A stretch of DNA of 63,720 nucleotides, filler included, from Octopus bimaculoides (lineage: Eukaryota): assembly GCF_001194135.2 (NCBI RefSeq). It is 8 parts of 8 records of this genome, joined end to end, with 100 filler letters (N's around TTAATTAATTAA, not from the genome) between each part and the next. Parts side by side here need not be neighbours in the genome. Positions count along the whole stretch, not along the records: positions 51,882 to 59,507 come from NC_068981.1; positions 59,608 to 61,182 come from NC_068984.1; positions 61,283 to 62,545 come from NC_068999.1; positions 62,646 to 63,720 come from NW_026361684.1; 4 more parts are not named here. One strand, 5' to 3'. The number at the start of each line of letters is the position of its first letter. Position 1 is the first letter of the stretch. Below, piece after piece: positions 53,230-63,720 of the stretch. The notes beneath the pieces were generated by a model that made no database searches, was not told the origin of the DNA, and was given only the letters and a program-made list of their open reading frames with translations. The position numbers were made by a program, and so were the translations under genes.

Positions 53230-53575
53230 CTGCGCCTGTTGTTTTTTCATAGATGCCCTAGGAATGATAGCAAAAAGGGGTGATCTCTACCTAGCTTACA
53301 TACCAGGAAACTACACCATGGCAGAAATTCAAAAGATTGTTCTCATAGGAACTACCCATATCCTACGTAAAATACTATCTATGTAATCTCAAATTTTAAA
53401 ACAAAATTATAATTTTCTCAGTTTTTCTTAAACACTCTCTAGAACAATATTATGTGCAAAACCAAATATATGAAACCCTAGGCATAATACCAACTAGAGC
53501 TTCTAACTTGTCTTTTGATGTCACTGGGTGAGACCTGGAGTTAACTTATACTAATACAAAACAAAAGTCAAACGC

Positions 53576-53647
<72 letters not shown>
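53230..53647 (+). mobile_element. R4/Dong-type non-LTR retrotransposon 3' end with (TAA)n tail
   Basis: IDALGMIAK...IPG...EIQKIVLIGTTHILRKILSM* (end of the REL domain), then a ~190-nt 3'UTR and (TAA)n at ~53576-53647. Confidence 0.72.
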
Positions 53648-53649
53648 TA

Positions 53650-54345
53650 TTAAATGCATAATTGGCAACAGTACCGATAGAGAATTGGACTAACTATATG
53701 AGATACAGAATAGACAACATTACCGATACCGTCAAATGCACAATGTGTTGCGAGAGGGGTAAAACGGATTCGCACATCGTTAGCGAATGCCCGAAATTCG
53801 CACAACGCGAACGCAAGAGACGCCATGTCAATGTGGCAAGAGTGATCATTTGGGAGCTCTTTGGAAACCATGGTCTATAAATAGCAAAGGTGAGAAATAG
53901 CAAACTCTAGAGAGAGTCACAGAAAATGAGAAATGGAAATCCCCGTGGGATGTAATGATCCAGTGCGATCACCTGACCAGACATCAAAACCTGGACATTG
54001 TTGTGGTAAAAGAAAGAAAATATATGATTATCGACACAGCATGCTCCAGTAACAACAGGATCAATATGACAGAAGAAGAAGAAAATAAGCAACTATGACG
54101 ATTTGAAGTGGGAAATACGAAGGTTGTGGTCAATGAAAAGAGTAGATGAGATACCTATAGTAATTGGTGCATTTGGAAATATCAGCGCTCAACTACCAAC
54201 GTGGCAAGTGGGAAAACACTTACAAAATCAGCATTGCTTGGAACTGTAAGGATCCTTCACAGGGTTCTTGAAGCATGAACAGTAAACCGATATCACATTC
54301 GTCCGCTCGCTGTGGACAGTTGACACTTTCCTTCATACCCAGCAA
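53650..54345 (+). mobile_element. Second, different R4/Dong-type fragment (CCHC plus REL endonuclease), 5'-truncated
   Basis: CTMC-x7-HIVSEC...RHVNVA..I.W / WDVMIQCDH..RHQNLDIVV..IIDTAC...YDDLKWEIRRLW..IPIVIGAFG / KSALLGTVRILHRVL*; frameshifted. Confidence 0.82.
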
Positions 54346-54394
54346 AAAAAGTTGTAAGTTTTCATATAACAATAAAAATAATTGTTCAAATTTT

Positions 54395-54530
54395 TCCACA
54401 ATGGCAGCCATTATGCCAGAGAGGATGTGTGGATTATATCGGTGCCAGTGTTTCATTGGTACCTAATTTATCGACCCGGAAATGATGAAAATTAAAGTTG
54501 ACCACGGCGAAATTTGAACTCAGATGCGAT
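54395..54530 (-). mobile_element. SINE family A fragment
   Basis: ggtacctaatttatcgacccg...gttgaccacggcgaaatttgaactcag. Confidence 0.65.
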
Positions 54531-55547
54531 GCCCTAATTTTTGTGGTTCTAGAACCTAACTGTTCTTTCTAGGGTAAGGAATCCCATGAGTGGATTCCTC
54601 TTATGTGTTTAAATATACGCCGTATCTTATGAGTAATTCATTGTCTTTGGATTAAATTTTTATACGCTAGTCCACTAGAAGTGGAAATTTTTATTAATTT
54701 CCATTTCCCTTCAGTATGATCAAGTGTATATATATATATATTACATAGAAAAATAAGAGGAATGACCAGCAAAAGTGGACTCCTATATGCTAGAAATAGA
54801 TGCCGAATCGCTGTTTTTAATGACATTTTCTGTCAGATTCAACATGTCACTGTGTGTGATAATACTATATATGATAATTGTCAGAAATGTTCATCCTGCC
54901 GGTTTTGTACCGTGACAATAATTTCACCTGGAATATTGACCAAATTCACCAGAAAATATCATTAGCACAAGAAGGAAAATCATACCCAAGACAACAAACA
55001 TTATCAAATACCTCATAACTCTGGACACAAATTAAGCATTCTGATATATCAATAGCTAAAAATAAATGTAAAATATTCTTCATATCATTTATCGACGGTT
55101 ATTTTGAAAAAGTTTGTGAATTTGAAGATTTTATACTCTTTATGCAATGCTTCTCATATGAACGCGCACCATTCAAATATAATATTCGAAATGTGAAACA
55201 AAAACACTGTTTTGTCTAAGTATAGACAAGCACAACAGTATTAAAATAAAATTTAGAAGTATAATGTTTTATTTAATTTCCGGTAGCTGTGGATCAATCC
55301 TGACCATAGATAGCGCTATCGTGCTATGGGGGTTAACAGGTTAGCATTATAATGTCCTGTTCTTCTTAACACACTTTACAAGAATTATATCGGCCACAAG
55401 AAGTTCTTATTTCCAATATGTGATAGATTATCGCCGGATTTGCAATTTCGACGGAAAAATGCATTTCCGAAAATTTTTGAGTTCCTACTATTTTCTTTGA
55501 AAAACAACAGGCTTTAGACAATGTAATTTCGTTTTGTATTCATATTA

Positions 55548-55581
55548 TATATAAGCAAACTGGGGACTGGTTAATATCATT
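55548..55581 (+). promoter_or_regulatory. Core promoter of the IL-17 gene (TATA box plus initiator)
   Basis: TATATAAG at 55548-55555 and TCATT at 55577-55581. The Inr A (55579) lies 31 nt after the first T of the TATA box, the canonical spacing, and 109 nt upstream of the ATG. Confidence 0.65.
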
Positions 55582-55687
55582 AAGAACGCCTATCAAATCG
55601 AAAAGAGAACAATTCGGCCAAACTTGAAAATAATAATAGTATACAGCTACCGACTCTTCATTTAGTGCCCCAAAATCCAGCATCACA

Positions 55688-55702
55688 ATGAAGACATCTA
55701 GA
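55688..55702 (+). CDS. IL17: IL-17-like cytokine, exon 1 (coding micro-exon MKTSR)
   Basis: cacaATG AAG ACA TCT AGA followed by a perfect phase-0 donor GTGAGT at 55703. There is no upstream ATG between the Inr and this start. Joined to the exon at 57944 it gives MKTSRVLSSIAIFLFNIVFLVSSA, a textbook signal peptide. The joining is inferred, and the intron contains an N gap (55734-56503). Confidence 0.75.
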
Positions 55703-56503
55703 GTGAGTAAATATATTTTAACGATACTATCTCNNNNNNNNNNNNNNNNNNNNNNNNNNNNNNNNNNNNNNNNNNNNNNNNNNNNNNNNNNNNNNNNNNN
55801 NNNNNNNNNNNNNNNNNNNNNNNNNNNNNNNNNNNNNNNNNNNNNNNNNNNNNNNNNNNNNNNNNNNNNNNNNNNNNNNNNNNNNNNNNNNNNNNNNNNN
55901 NNNNNNNNNNNNNNNNNNNNNNNNNNNNNNNNNNNNNNNNNNNNNNNNNNNNNNNNNNNNNNNNNNNNNNNNNNNNNNNNNNNNNNNNNNNNNNNNNNNN
56001 NNNNNNNNNNNNNNNNNNNNNNNNNNNNNNNNNNNNNNNNNNNNNNNNNNNNNNNNNNNNNNNNNNNNNNNNNNNNNNNNNNNNNNNNNNNNNNNNNNNN
56101 NNNNNNNNNNNNNNNNNNNNNNNNNNNNNNNNNNNNNNNNNNNNNNNNNNNNNNNNNNNNNNNNNNNNNNNNNNNNNNNNNNNNNNNNNNNNNNNNNNNN
56201 NNNNNNNNNNNNNNNNNNNNNNNNNNNNNNNNNNNNNNNNNNNNNNNNNNNNNNNNNNNNNNNNNNNNNNNNNNNNNNNNNNNNNNNNNNNNNNNNNNNN
56301 NNNNNNNNNNNNNNNNNNNNNNNNNNNNNNNNNNNNNNNNNNNNNNNNNNNNNNNNNNNNNNNNNNNNNNNNNNNNNNNNNNNNNNNNNNNNNNNNNNNN
56401 NNNNNNNNNNNNNNNNNNNNNNNNNNNNNNNNNNNNNNNNNNNNNNNNNNNNNNNNNNNNNNNNNNNNNNNNNNNNNNNNNNNNNNNNNNNNNNNNNNNN
56501 NNN

Positions 56504-56534
<31 letters not shown>

Positions 56535-57943
56535 CTGTGTGTTCGATGCTAATTTTACATTCAAAGGGCTTTTTATCACACATCTGATTTATCTAGAACC
56601 GAAGTTGAGTATAAATATGTAACCATCTTCCAAATATATAGTATAGTAATATTTCTAACGCTTTAAATATTTACAAGGAAATGCAACACAAAACTTCGTT
56701 GCTGTTTGCAAACCATACTCCCATTGACAGACCGAAATCCATTAAGTTGGCTTGAGCTCCTTATACTAACGAAATTCACATACACTCACACGCACATTTT
56801 GAAAGTATATTGATATAGTATGTGTGCGTGCATAAGATAACAGAGGTAACTTAGATAAGGCTGGGCTAAACATTGGACCAGTAAATGCCTTACTTATTGG
56901 CACCACCTGATAGAATCGCTTAAGTTATTTTTAAGCAACGATTTGGGGTATCATGTCCTATTTAAATTAAGGTTCATTGGCTGATATCCACATTGATTTA
57001 GCTGATACCGTACCCCTAGTAGAAATATGTCCTGCTTCCATCTGAAGGTGATATGATCTTTTATTTTTTAATTTGTTTTGGGAAAAATGTTAAACGTAAC
57101 AAAACCTGTCGAGGAAAAGAGATTGTGTTGTAGTGGACATATGCATTGTAAGCATGAATTGCATTACGGGTACATGGCATCAGCGCCAATACATACATAC
57201 ATACATACATATGTGCATGTGTGGGTGTATATGTGTGCGTAAAAAACAAGATATAAATAATGGTCAACGAGCACACACTACAGGACGCACCTATTTGATT
57301 TAAAATGTTTATTCAATAGTGCGTTTTTTGTAAATAATGCACAATAGAAATGCGGGACCATAACTGACTGAGACTACCATTTCGTTCCAATGTTTGTTCG
57401 TCAATGCTTTACAACCACCGTAAATGTGAATATGAATATCATGACTGTAAGAGACTGTTATCGGTTTCATTCGAAAGACGCTCAGAAAAATTTCTTGTTA
57501 ATGCTTGGTGTGTCTATCAGAGTATATTTCTTCGGCGCTCCAGTTGATTATAAACTCGCACATATGTGCTTATTTGCACCCTTCGTGCTCCATTTTGCCC
57601 TTTCTCTCTTTATAATATATGTATATAAGTATATACGTATACTTCCTTTTCCTTTATTTTATTGACTAATAATTTTTATACCAAACGCTGTTAAAAATCT
57701 TATGAGTCGAGATATACTACAAACAAACCGTTTTAGGTGTTAGCTTTATTATATTATGTTGTTAACATATTTCCGCGTGTCACTTTCGTATTTGTCACTC
57801 ATTTAACTTTCTGGTAATAGAATCTCGTAAAGTTTTTCGTTATACATTGTTATATGCGTCGAAAGTAAATGCAGTTTTTGATTAAGCTGATAAATGTCTG
57901 AAATCAAAAATAACCTTGACAAATATATTTTTTCCTCTGACAG

Positions 57944-58471
57944 GTTCTCTCAAGTATTGCCATATTTCTATTCAACATCGTCTTTCTTGTATCATCGGCG
58001 TCAATTCCAACCGAGGGTAAAATACCAACCAATCTGAAAGTTGAATACGAGAGTTTGACCAGTGCAGCCAGTGGCATTAACTTTTTTCTACCAGCTGAAA
58101 TAGCTCCTGCCGGAAGTAAGCAGAACACCCTGACAGACGGAGATAAAACTTGCCGAGCGTCTTCTGCATCCAGTGATATCATCCGTGAACGTTCAACCTG
58201 CCCTTGGTACCTGAACATTACCAATGATTCAACAGTTTTCCCTGCATCCCGCACCGAAGTAGTGTGTCGCTGTAAAGACTGTTTCGATTCTGACAGCAAC
58301 CACGAATGTGTGATGGTATATACTCCAATGACTGTTCTTAAACGTAGCGATGAAAGTGTTGATGGACTGTACGTGTATAAACCAAAAGTAATTCAAATAG
58401 CCACAGCTTGTGCGTGTGCACGAAAAGTCGAAGTACAAAGTGATGGAAGCGACGATGAATACGCGTCGTAA
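57944..58471 (+). CDS. IL17: IL-17-like cytokine, exon 2 (signal peptide h-region plus cystine-knot domain; 175 aa; 180 aa with exon 1)
   Basis: The frame is open from the acceptor ttttttcctctgacag (AG at 57942-57943) to TAA at 58469-58471. It encodes VLSSIAIFLFNIVFLVSSA...RSTCPWYLNITNDSTVFPASRTEVVCRCKDC...CVMVYTPMTVLKR...GLYVYKPKVIQIATACAC, matching the IL-17 hallmarks RS-x-x-PW, C-x-C-x2-C, VL(K/R)R and the terminal C-x-C. Confidence 0.93.
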   Translation, partial: VLSSIAIFLFNIVFLVSSASIPTEGKIPTNLKVEYESLTSAASGINFFLPAEIAPAGSKQNTLTDGDKTCRASSASSDIIRERSTCPWYLNITNDSTVFPASRTEVVCRCKDCFDSDSNHECVMVYTPMTVLKRSDESVDGLYVYKPKVIQIATACACARKVEVQSDGSDDEYAS

Positions 58472-58666
58472 AAACGGATAGAATAACGATGTATGAATAT
58501 GTAACGCAGACGTTATTGAATATTTTATGAAAGATTAAGTCGACTACCACGTGGTTATCATAATTTGCAACATATGTTGCTTAAAACACACATACAGTTT
58601 TGTATCTTATATAATTCCATAGTTTATAAATGAAGTAATAACACCATTATAATGATATATTTGTAA

Positions 58667-58758
58667 TATTTATTAGCAAAATAATATAAAAACCTTTGTC
58701 CCCTTAAAATGAATAATTTAATATCCAACTGTGCCACAGTATATTTATAAAAAATAAA
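58667..58758 (+). promoter_or_regulatory. IL-17 3'UTR AU-rich elements and polyadenylation signal
   Basis: ATTTA at 58668, 58716 and 58743 (two of them as TATTTAT heptamers), followed by AATAAA at ~58753. Confidence 0.5.
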
Positions 58759-59003
58759 AATACTTAAGTATTTGGGCATTGTGAGATATATCGTGAGTAT
58801 ATATATTCATATAAGGACATAGAACCCTATTGTAACAGATTTATACATTCGCATAAATGCATGCGTATATTCACACTTACGTACATACACACCTATGCTT
58901 GCATTTATATATATCCATATGTGCGTATATGAACATGTATGTATGTATATAAACACACACACATACACGCACGCACACACACAGACACACACATATATAT
59001 CTA

Positions 59004-59062
<59 letters not shown>

Positions 59063-59255
59063 ATCAAAGCGGAATGTAAGAATAGTATGTAAATACATTT
59101 ATTTACCGCTATTTTAATTGTAAGTAGAAGAGTATAACCCATTTGCGAAACAATAAATGATTTTATAGATTCCAATAAAGACTGGCGTTTTCAAATTTAC
59201 AAACACACATACATCCACATACAAACACACACGTACATACATAGAAGCATATATG

Positions 59256-59311
<56 letters not shown>

Positions 59312-59607
59312 CATCATGGACGGACGGTAGACACATCGGCTCCCATGTAAGTTGCATTTTTCACCTCTTAAAAGACCTATTTTGTTTTTAAATTTTGTAT
59401 AAGTTGTGTATAACACAAAATACTTCGTGAATATATATTTTTCAAATCGGAAATAGCTCTATTTAGAGCCTTTTTTTCCCAAAATTCAAAAACATCTTCC
59501 TCGTTCCNNNNNNNNNNNNNNNNNNNNNNNNNNNNNNNNNNNNNNNNNNNNTTAATTAATTAANNNNNNNNNNNNNNNNNNNNNNNNNNNNNNNNNNNNN
59601 NNNNNNN

Positions 59608-59652
<45 letters not shown>

Positions 59653-60349
59653 TAGATAGATAGATAGATAGATATATAATAAACATGTATATTCAAGCAC
59701 AACATATATCTTGTTAAGAGCAAAGTTGACAGTTTTCTATTGACTGGTGAAAAATAAATGAGAAAATTAATGTATTGATTGCATTTAAAGTGATAGTTTG
59801 TTTATCTGAATATCTGTTCCAATTCATTGAAATCTTTTCAGTGTAATTTAAAGTTATACGTGAATGGTCATTCTACTTGTATAAGTCATTTAAAATGTCA
59901 TAAATCATATTGGTAGTGAATGGGTTCTTTTTCATTCAAGACATCAAAGTATTCAGTATACACTCACAGAGCATAGTGCACTCATGATCATCACCGTCAA
60001 CATTATCATCATGATCAGCATTTTATGTCTACTATCTATCATGGTATGTATTGTACAGATCATCAAAGTTTTAATCAATTCTTATTTGGAGTTATTCCCA
60101 TCTTAGTTGGGTCAGAGGATTAATTCTCACATATACACTACATTTTTAGTATATTTTATATGGGTTGATGTTTTCATAATACCTATAACTTCTCAGAGTG
60201 TGCTGGGTGCATTTTATTGTGGCAATAGTATAAAAGATGTTGTTATGTGTTTAGCAAGATGAAAGCATCCACTTTATCCTCCTAAATTTCATTCATTTGA
60301 TAACCCCTGTGCAAAATGTGCTGGGTGCACCATGCACAAGCAAAAAATA

Positions 60350-60960
60350 TTAAGACAAACAAATAGAGTCTTCAAGTAGGTCGGAGCACGTTCCACAGCT
60401 TGGGCATCCACATTTTTTAACCGTTGGTTTCGTAGTTGTTGTGTAAAGCATCGCATTTTTTAGAAGTATCTTCAACGATTTGTCTTGCATTTTGCATTTG
60501 ATGAATTTATGTGGTTTCAGGATGTTGTTCATTTTTGGGTCTCTAGTTATTAAAGGAAGATTTTGCACAATAGTGTTGTATGCCTCACTGTTTATAGGGT
60601 TGTGAATTGATATATATGTATAGTAGTGTTTTGAGATGAGATGTGGTGTTACGTTTCGTTGTCCTAAGTGTTTTTATATTTAATTTCTTGGCACGCTTAA
60701 TTCAATCGTCTATAAGTGAAAGTGGATATTGTCTTTCACTTAGTGTTCTTCTGAGGTCTTGAAGACGATGTTCCGGAGTAGTTCTGTCTGACACTATTGT
60801 GCAAATCCTTTTGCCAAATTAAAGGGGATATACATTTTGATGTATTTCAGGTGGCGTGAGCTAAAAAAGAGATATTGCTTTGAGTCCATTGGTTTATGAT
60901 AGATGTCAGTTATAATTTGATTGTTGACTTTTTTATCATAACATCCAAAAATGAGAGCTG
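60350..60960 (-). pseudogene. Penelope-like element RT C-terminus/linker fragment
   Basis: Shifted frames give LSFLDVMI / IITDIYHKPMDSKQYLFFSSRH..IPFNLA / RICTIVSD...RLQDLRRTLSERQYPLSLI / ...KKCGCPSCGTC. This matches the PLE RT thumb followed by the CxxC zinc-binding linker. Confidence 0.8.
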
Positions 60961-61282
60961 CCCTTTGCTATATTCCTTTGCAATGTCCTGTACCCAGATA
61001 TGCACCTATACATACAGGTGGATGTCGGTATGCACATACCTGTACGTATATATGCATATACTCATTTACTTTTGTTTTTACATGATTGAACGCAGCGTCT
61101 CACAAAAATTGTAAGTAGTTTTCGTAAACTTATCCTCCGACGCTACTCTATCTCTTTCTCTTTCTCTTTCCTTTCTCCCCCCNNNNNNNNNNNNNNNNNN
61201 NNNNNNNNNNNNNNNNNNNNNNNNNNTTAATTAATTAANNNNNNNNNNNNNNNNNNNNNNNNNNNNNNNNNNNNNNNNNNNN

Positions 61283-61357
<75 letters not shown>

Positions 61358-61363
61358 TATATA

Positions 61364-61527
61364 CGACGAGCTTCTTTCAGTTTCCGTCTACCAAATCCAC
61401 TCACAAGGCTTTGGTCATTCCGAGCCTACAGTAGAGACACTTCTCGAAGGTTCTACGCAGTATGGTTGAACCCGGAATCATGAGGCTGGAACCAAACATT
61501 TTACTACCTTGCAATGCCTGCGCCTAC
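61364..61527 (-). mobile_element. SINE family C head half
   Basis: cttctttcagtttccgtctaccaaatccactcacaaggc...gaacccggaatcatg. Confidence 0.78.
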
Positions 61528-62646
61528 AAACTTCCTAAAATCATTTATTCTTAAAAGACGAACATATTCATAGATAAATACCCATCAAATATTTTCTCTG
61601 TTTTCCATCTATGTCCCTATCCGCCATATTTACGACTTTCTACGATTCTCAAATCATCATCATTATTATAATCATATCTCTCTGTTGCTTTCTTTCTCCT
61701 TCTCTCTCAACCATCTTTTGTATTTTGTTTATCCATCCTTTTTCCCTCTCTGTCTGTCTCCGCGTCTAATCACATTAACAGACGATCACCGTCATTACCA
61801 TCATCATCACCATAATGATCATAATCATCTGCGGCATTATGGGCTATAATCACCATGATGATCAATGCCGCTCCTTCCGTCAACATCACCGTCACCACCA
61901 CCACCACCACCACCACCACCACCACCACCACAACCATCACCACTACCACCACCGCCGCCGCCGCCATCATCCTCATCATCATCTCATCGGATGATCCATC
62001 AGACGTTAATCTCATCCGACATCTTACACATTCAGCACTCCTGACACGAACAATAAGCGTTGAATTACTCCTATTGTGTGAGAACCAATGTAAACTAAAG
62101 AGAAGGGACATTTAACTCTCATTTAGGGGCTTACTACACACCCAACCCCTATTGTGAGATCCTTACTAATAAACCGATCTTAGATTTCAACACCATGATT
62201 TTGTTTTGTTGAATATAATTCTTTGTGTTTTGTTTTTTATTCTGATTCTTCTCATTTTCCTGTATATATTTCTTAAAATATTCTTGTTATTTATTCATTT
62301 TTATTTACTGTTTTTGCAGGATTGTTGTCTTTGTTATTGTGCTGTTGTTGTTTTGTTGTTTTTTATGCTGTTTTTGAAGTTGTTTTTGTTTCCTGTTAAG
62401 GTATTGGTTCCTTTTTTTCTCGTGGTTAAATTCTTCATTATATTTCCATTTACATACATGTATATTTACAAAGCATATATGCAGTAATGTGTGTGTGTGT
62501 GGTGGGGGAGTACTCGGAAAGAAATATATACATGTATACATACATNNNNNNNNNNNNNNNNNNNNNNNNNNNNNNNNNNNNNNNNNNNNTTAATTAATTA
62601 ANNNNNNNNNNNNNNNNNNNNNNNNNNNNNNNNNNNNNNNNNNNNA

Positions 62647-63720
62647 ATGAAAAATGGTCTAGGGAAGATAATAAAGAAGTTCTTACGGCCTTCTAGTATG
62701 CCATATATTTCCCCACAAATAAATCGAATACTGTACAAACCTACTTAAACTGGAGACAGAATCACCTTGATGTAAGACCCTACATAGACAGTAACAAATT
62801 TCCCAACGTCAGAAGAAACATTATGAAAAAAAATTACTAACTGAAGTAGAGATTGAGCAAATTAAACAAGCAGTAAGGGATAAAAAGAATAAAACTGCAG
62901 CTAAAGAAGATACTACAGAGGAAATAATAATAAACCAGCCCAAGGCTGATGAAAATACAGTAATGATTGAAAGAGTTAATGTAACTGACAGGCAAAGTGA
63001 AATACTCTCTGAAACAAACATAAACGCTAAGGCAGGTGAAAATCAAATAGATGAAGAAAGTCATACTGAAATCGACGCAAAAGAACTACATGATCTAAAA
63101 AATCAAATCATGATTGAATGGCTGAAAATTAAAGAAACCATTATGAATGAACGTGAAACTTTCCCAAAAATTTGCAATTCTAACCAAAACCTGAAAATAA
63201 TTGGTAAAATCCGCCTTGCACTTAAGGATATAATCTCAGCTAATGATGTTGATATTACAGATCTCAACCACCTGTACTATGCATCCACAAAATCTCAACG
63301 GTTCTATGTGGTGAAAAGATTAGAAAACGACAACATTCCCAATTAAGCTACTTAGATCTGACAGAATGTTTGAAAACCTTAAATTTGACAAGAGTATCAA
63401 ACCTACAAAGACCCCAAAACAAATGAAAAAATATAATATGAAAACCATAGTTGACATTGATGCCACCATAGAAACCATCAAGCAAAAGGTATGTGCTAAA
63501 GCTGCCCGCATAGCAAGGTATGAAAAGCGTGTTAGATTCTTCCGAGATAATAACATGTTCAAAAATAACCCCAAAAATTTCGACAGGAAGATAGGGAAAA
63601 CACCATTAACAATAAAGTCTGTCCCATCAAAAGAAGAAGTGCAGGAATTTTGGAATAAAATCTGGTCAGTAGATAAAACACACAATGAAAAGGCCCCTTG
63701 GATTGATAGAATATCTACAG
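62647..63720 (+). mobile_element. R4/Dong-type ORF N-terminal region, decayed, running off the window
   Basis: KWSREDNKEV..TYLNWRQ..NVRRNI.KKLLTEVEIEQIK; TDLNHLYYA; IKQKVCAKAARIARYEKR..NNMFKNNPK; PSKEEVQEFWNKIWS..HNEKAPWI. Confidence 0.75.

Noticed and set aside
54762-55000. Cys-rich 67-aa ORF and an antisense signal-peptide-like 25-mer upstream of IL-17
   Set aside because: Short, no IL-17 or other motif, and no convincing splice context.
57854-57870. ATG CGT CGA AA|GTAAAT as IL-17 exon 1
   Set aside because: A phase-2 donor is incompatible with the phase-0 acceptor at 57944.

Overview
Repeat-rich, AT-rich animal genomic DNA from a gapped draft assembly. It is almost certainly an octopus (inference from the dense (TA)n/(CA)n/(ATAG)n/(ATC)n microsatellites, CORE-type tRNA-derived SINEs and a mollusc-type IL-17 gene). 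A large fraction of the window is N gaps; seven ~100-bp gaps carry an artificial TTAATTAATTAA scaffold linker. Only one host gene is well supported: a two-exon IL-17-like cytokine (TATA/Inr at ~55548-55581, micro-exon MKTSR 55688-55702, main exon 57944-58471, AU-rich 3'UTR). The rest is mobile DNA: at least three SINE families, mariner (D34D) and maT (D37D) DNA transposons, MITEs, RTE, R4/Dong and L1/Tx1-like LINE fragments, and Penelope-like element (PLE) remnants. The most unusual signal, missed by the ORF track, is a set of minimal hammerhead ribozyme (HHR) motifs with palindromic stem III: five readable ones (7991-8036, 31643-31690, 31795-31877, 32337-32420, 44139-44194) plus several more decayed ones. 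One sits inside a head-to-head palindromic element with a tRNA-like Pol III head, i.e. a candidate PLE-mobilised ribozyme SINE. Nearly all listed ORFs are microsatellite or gap artefacts.
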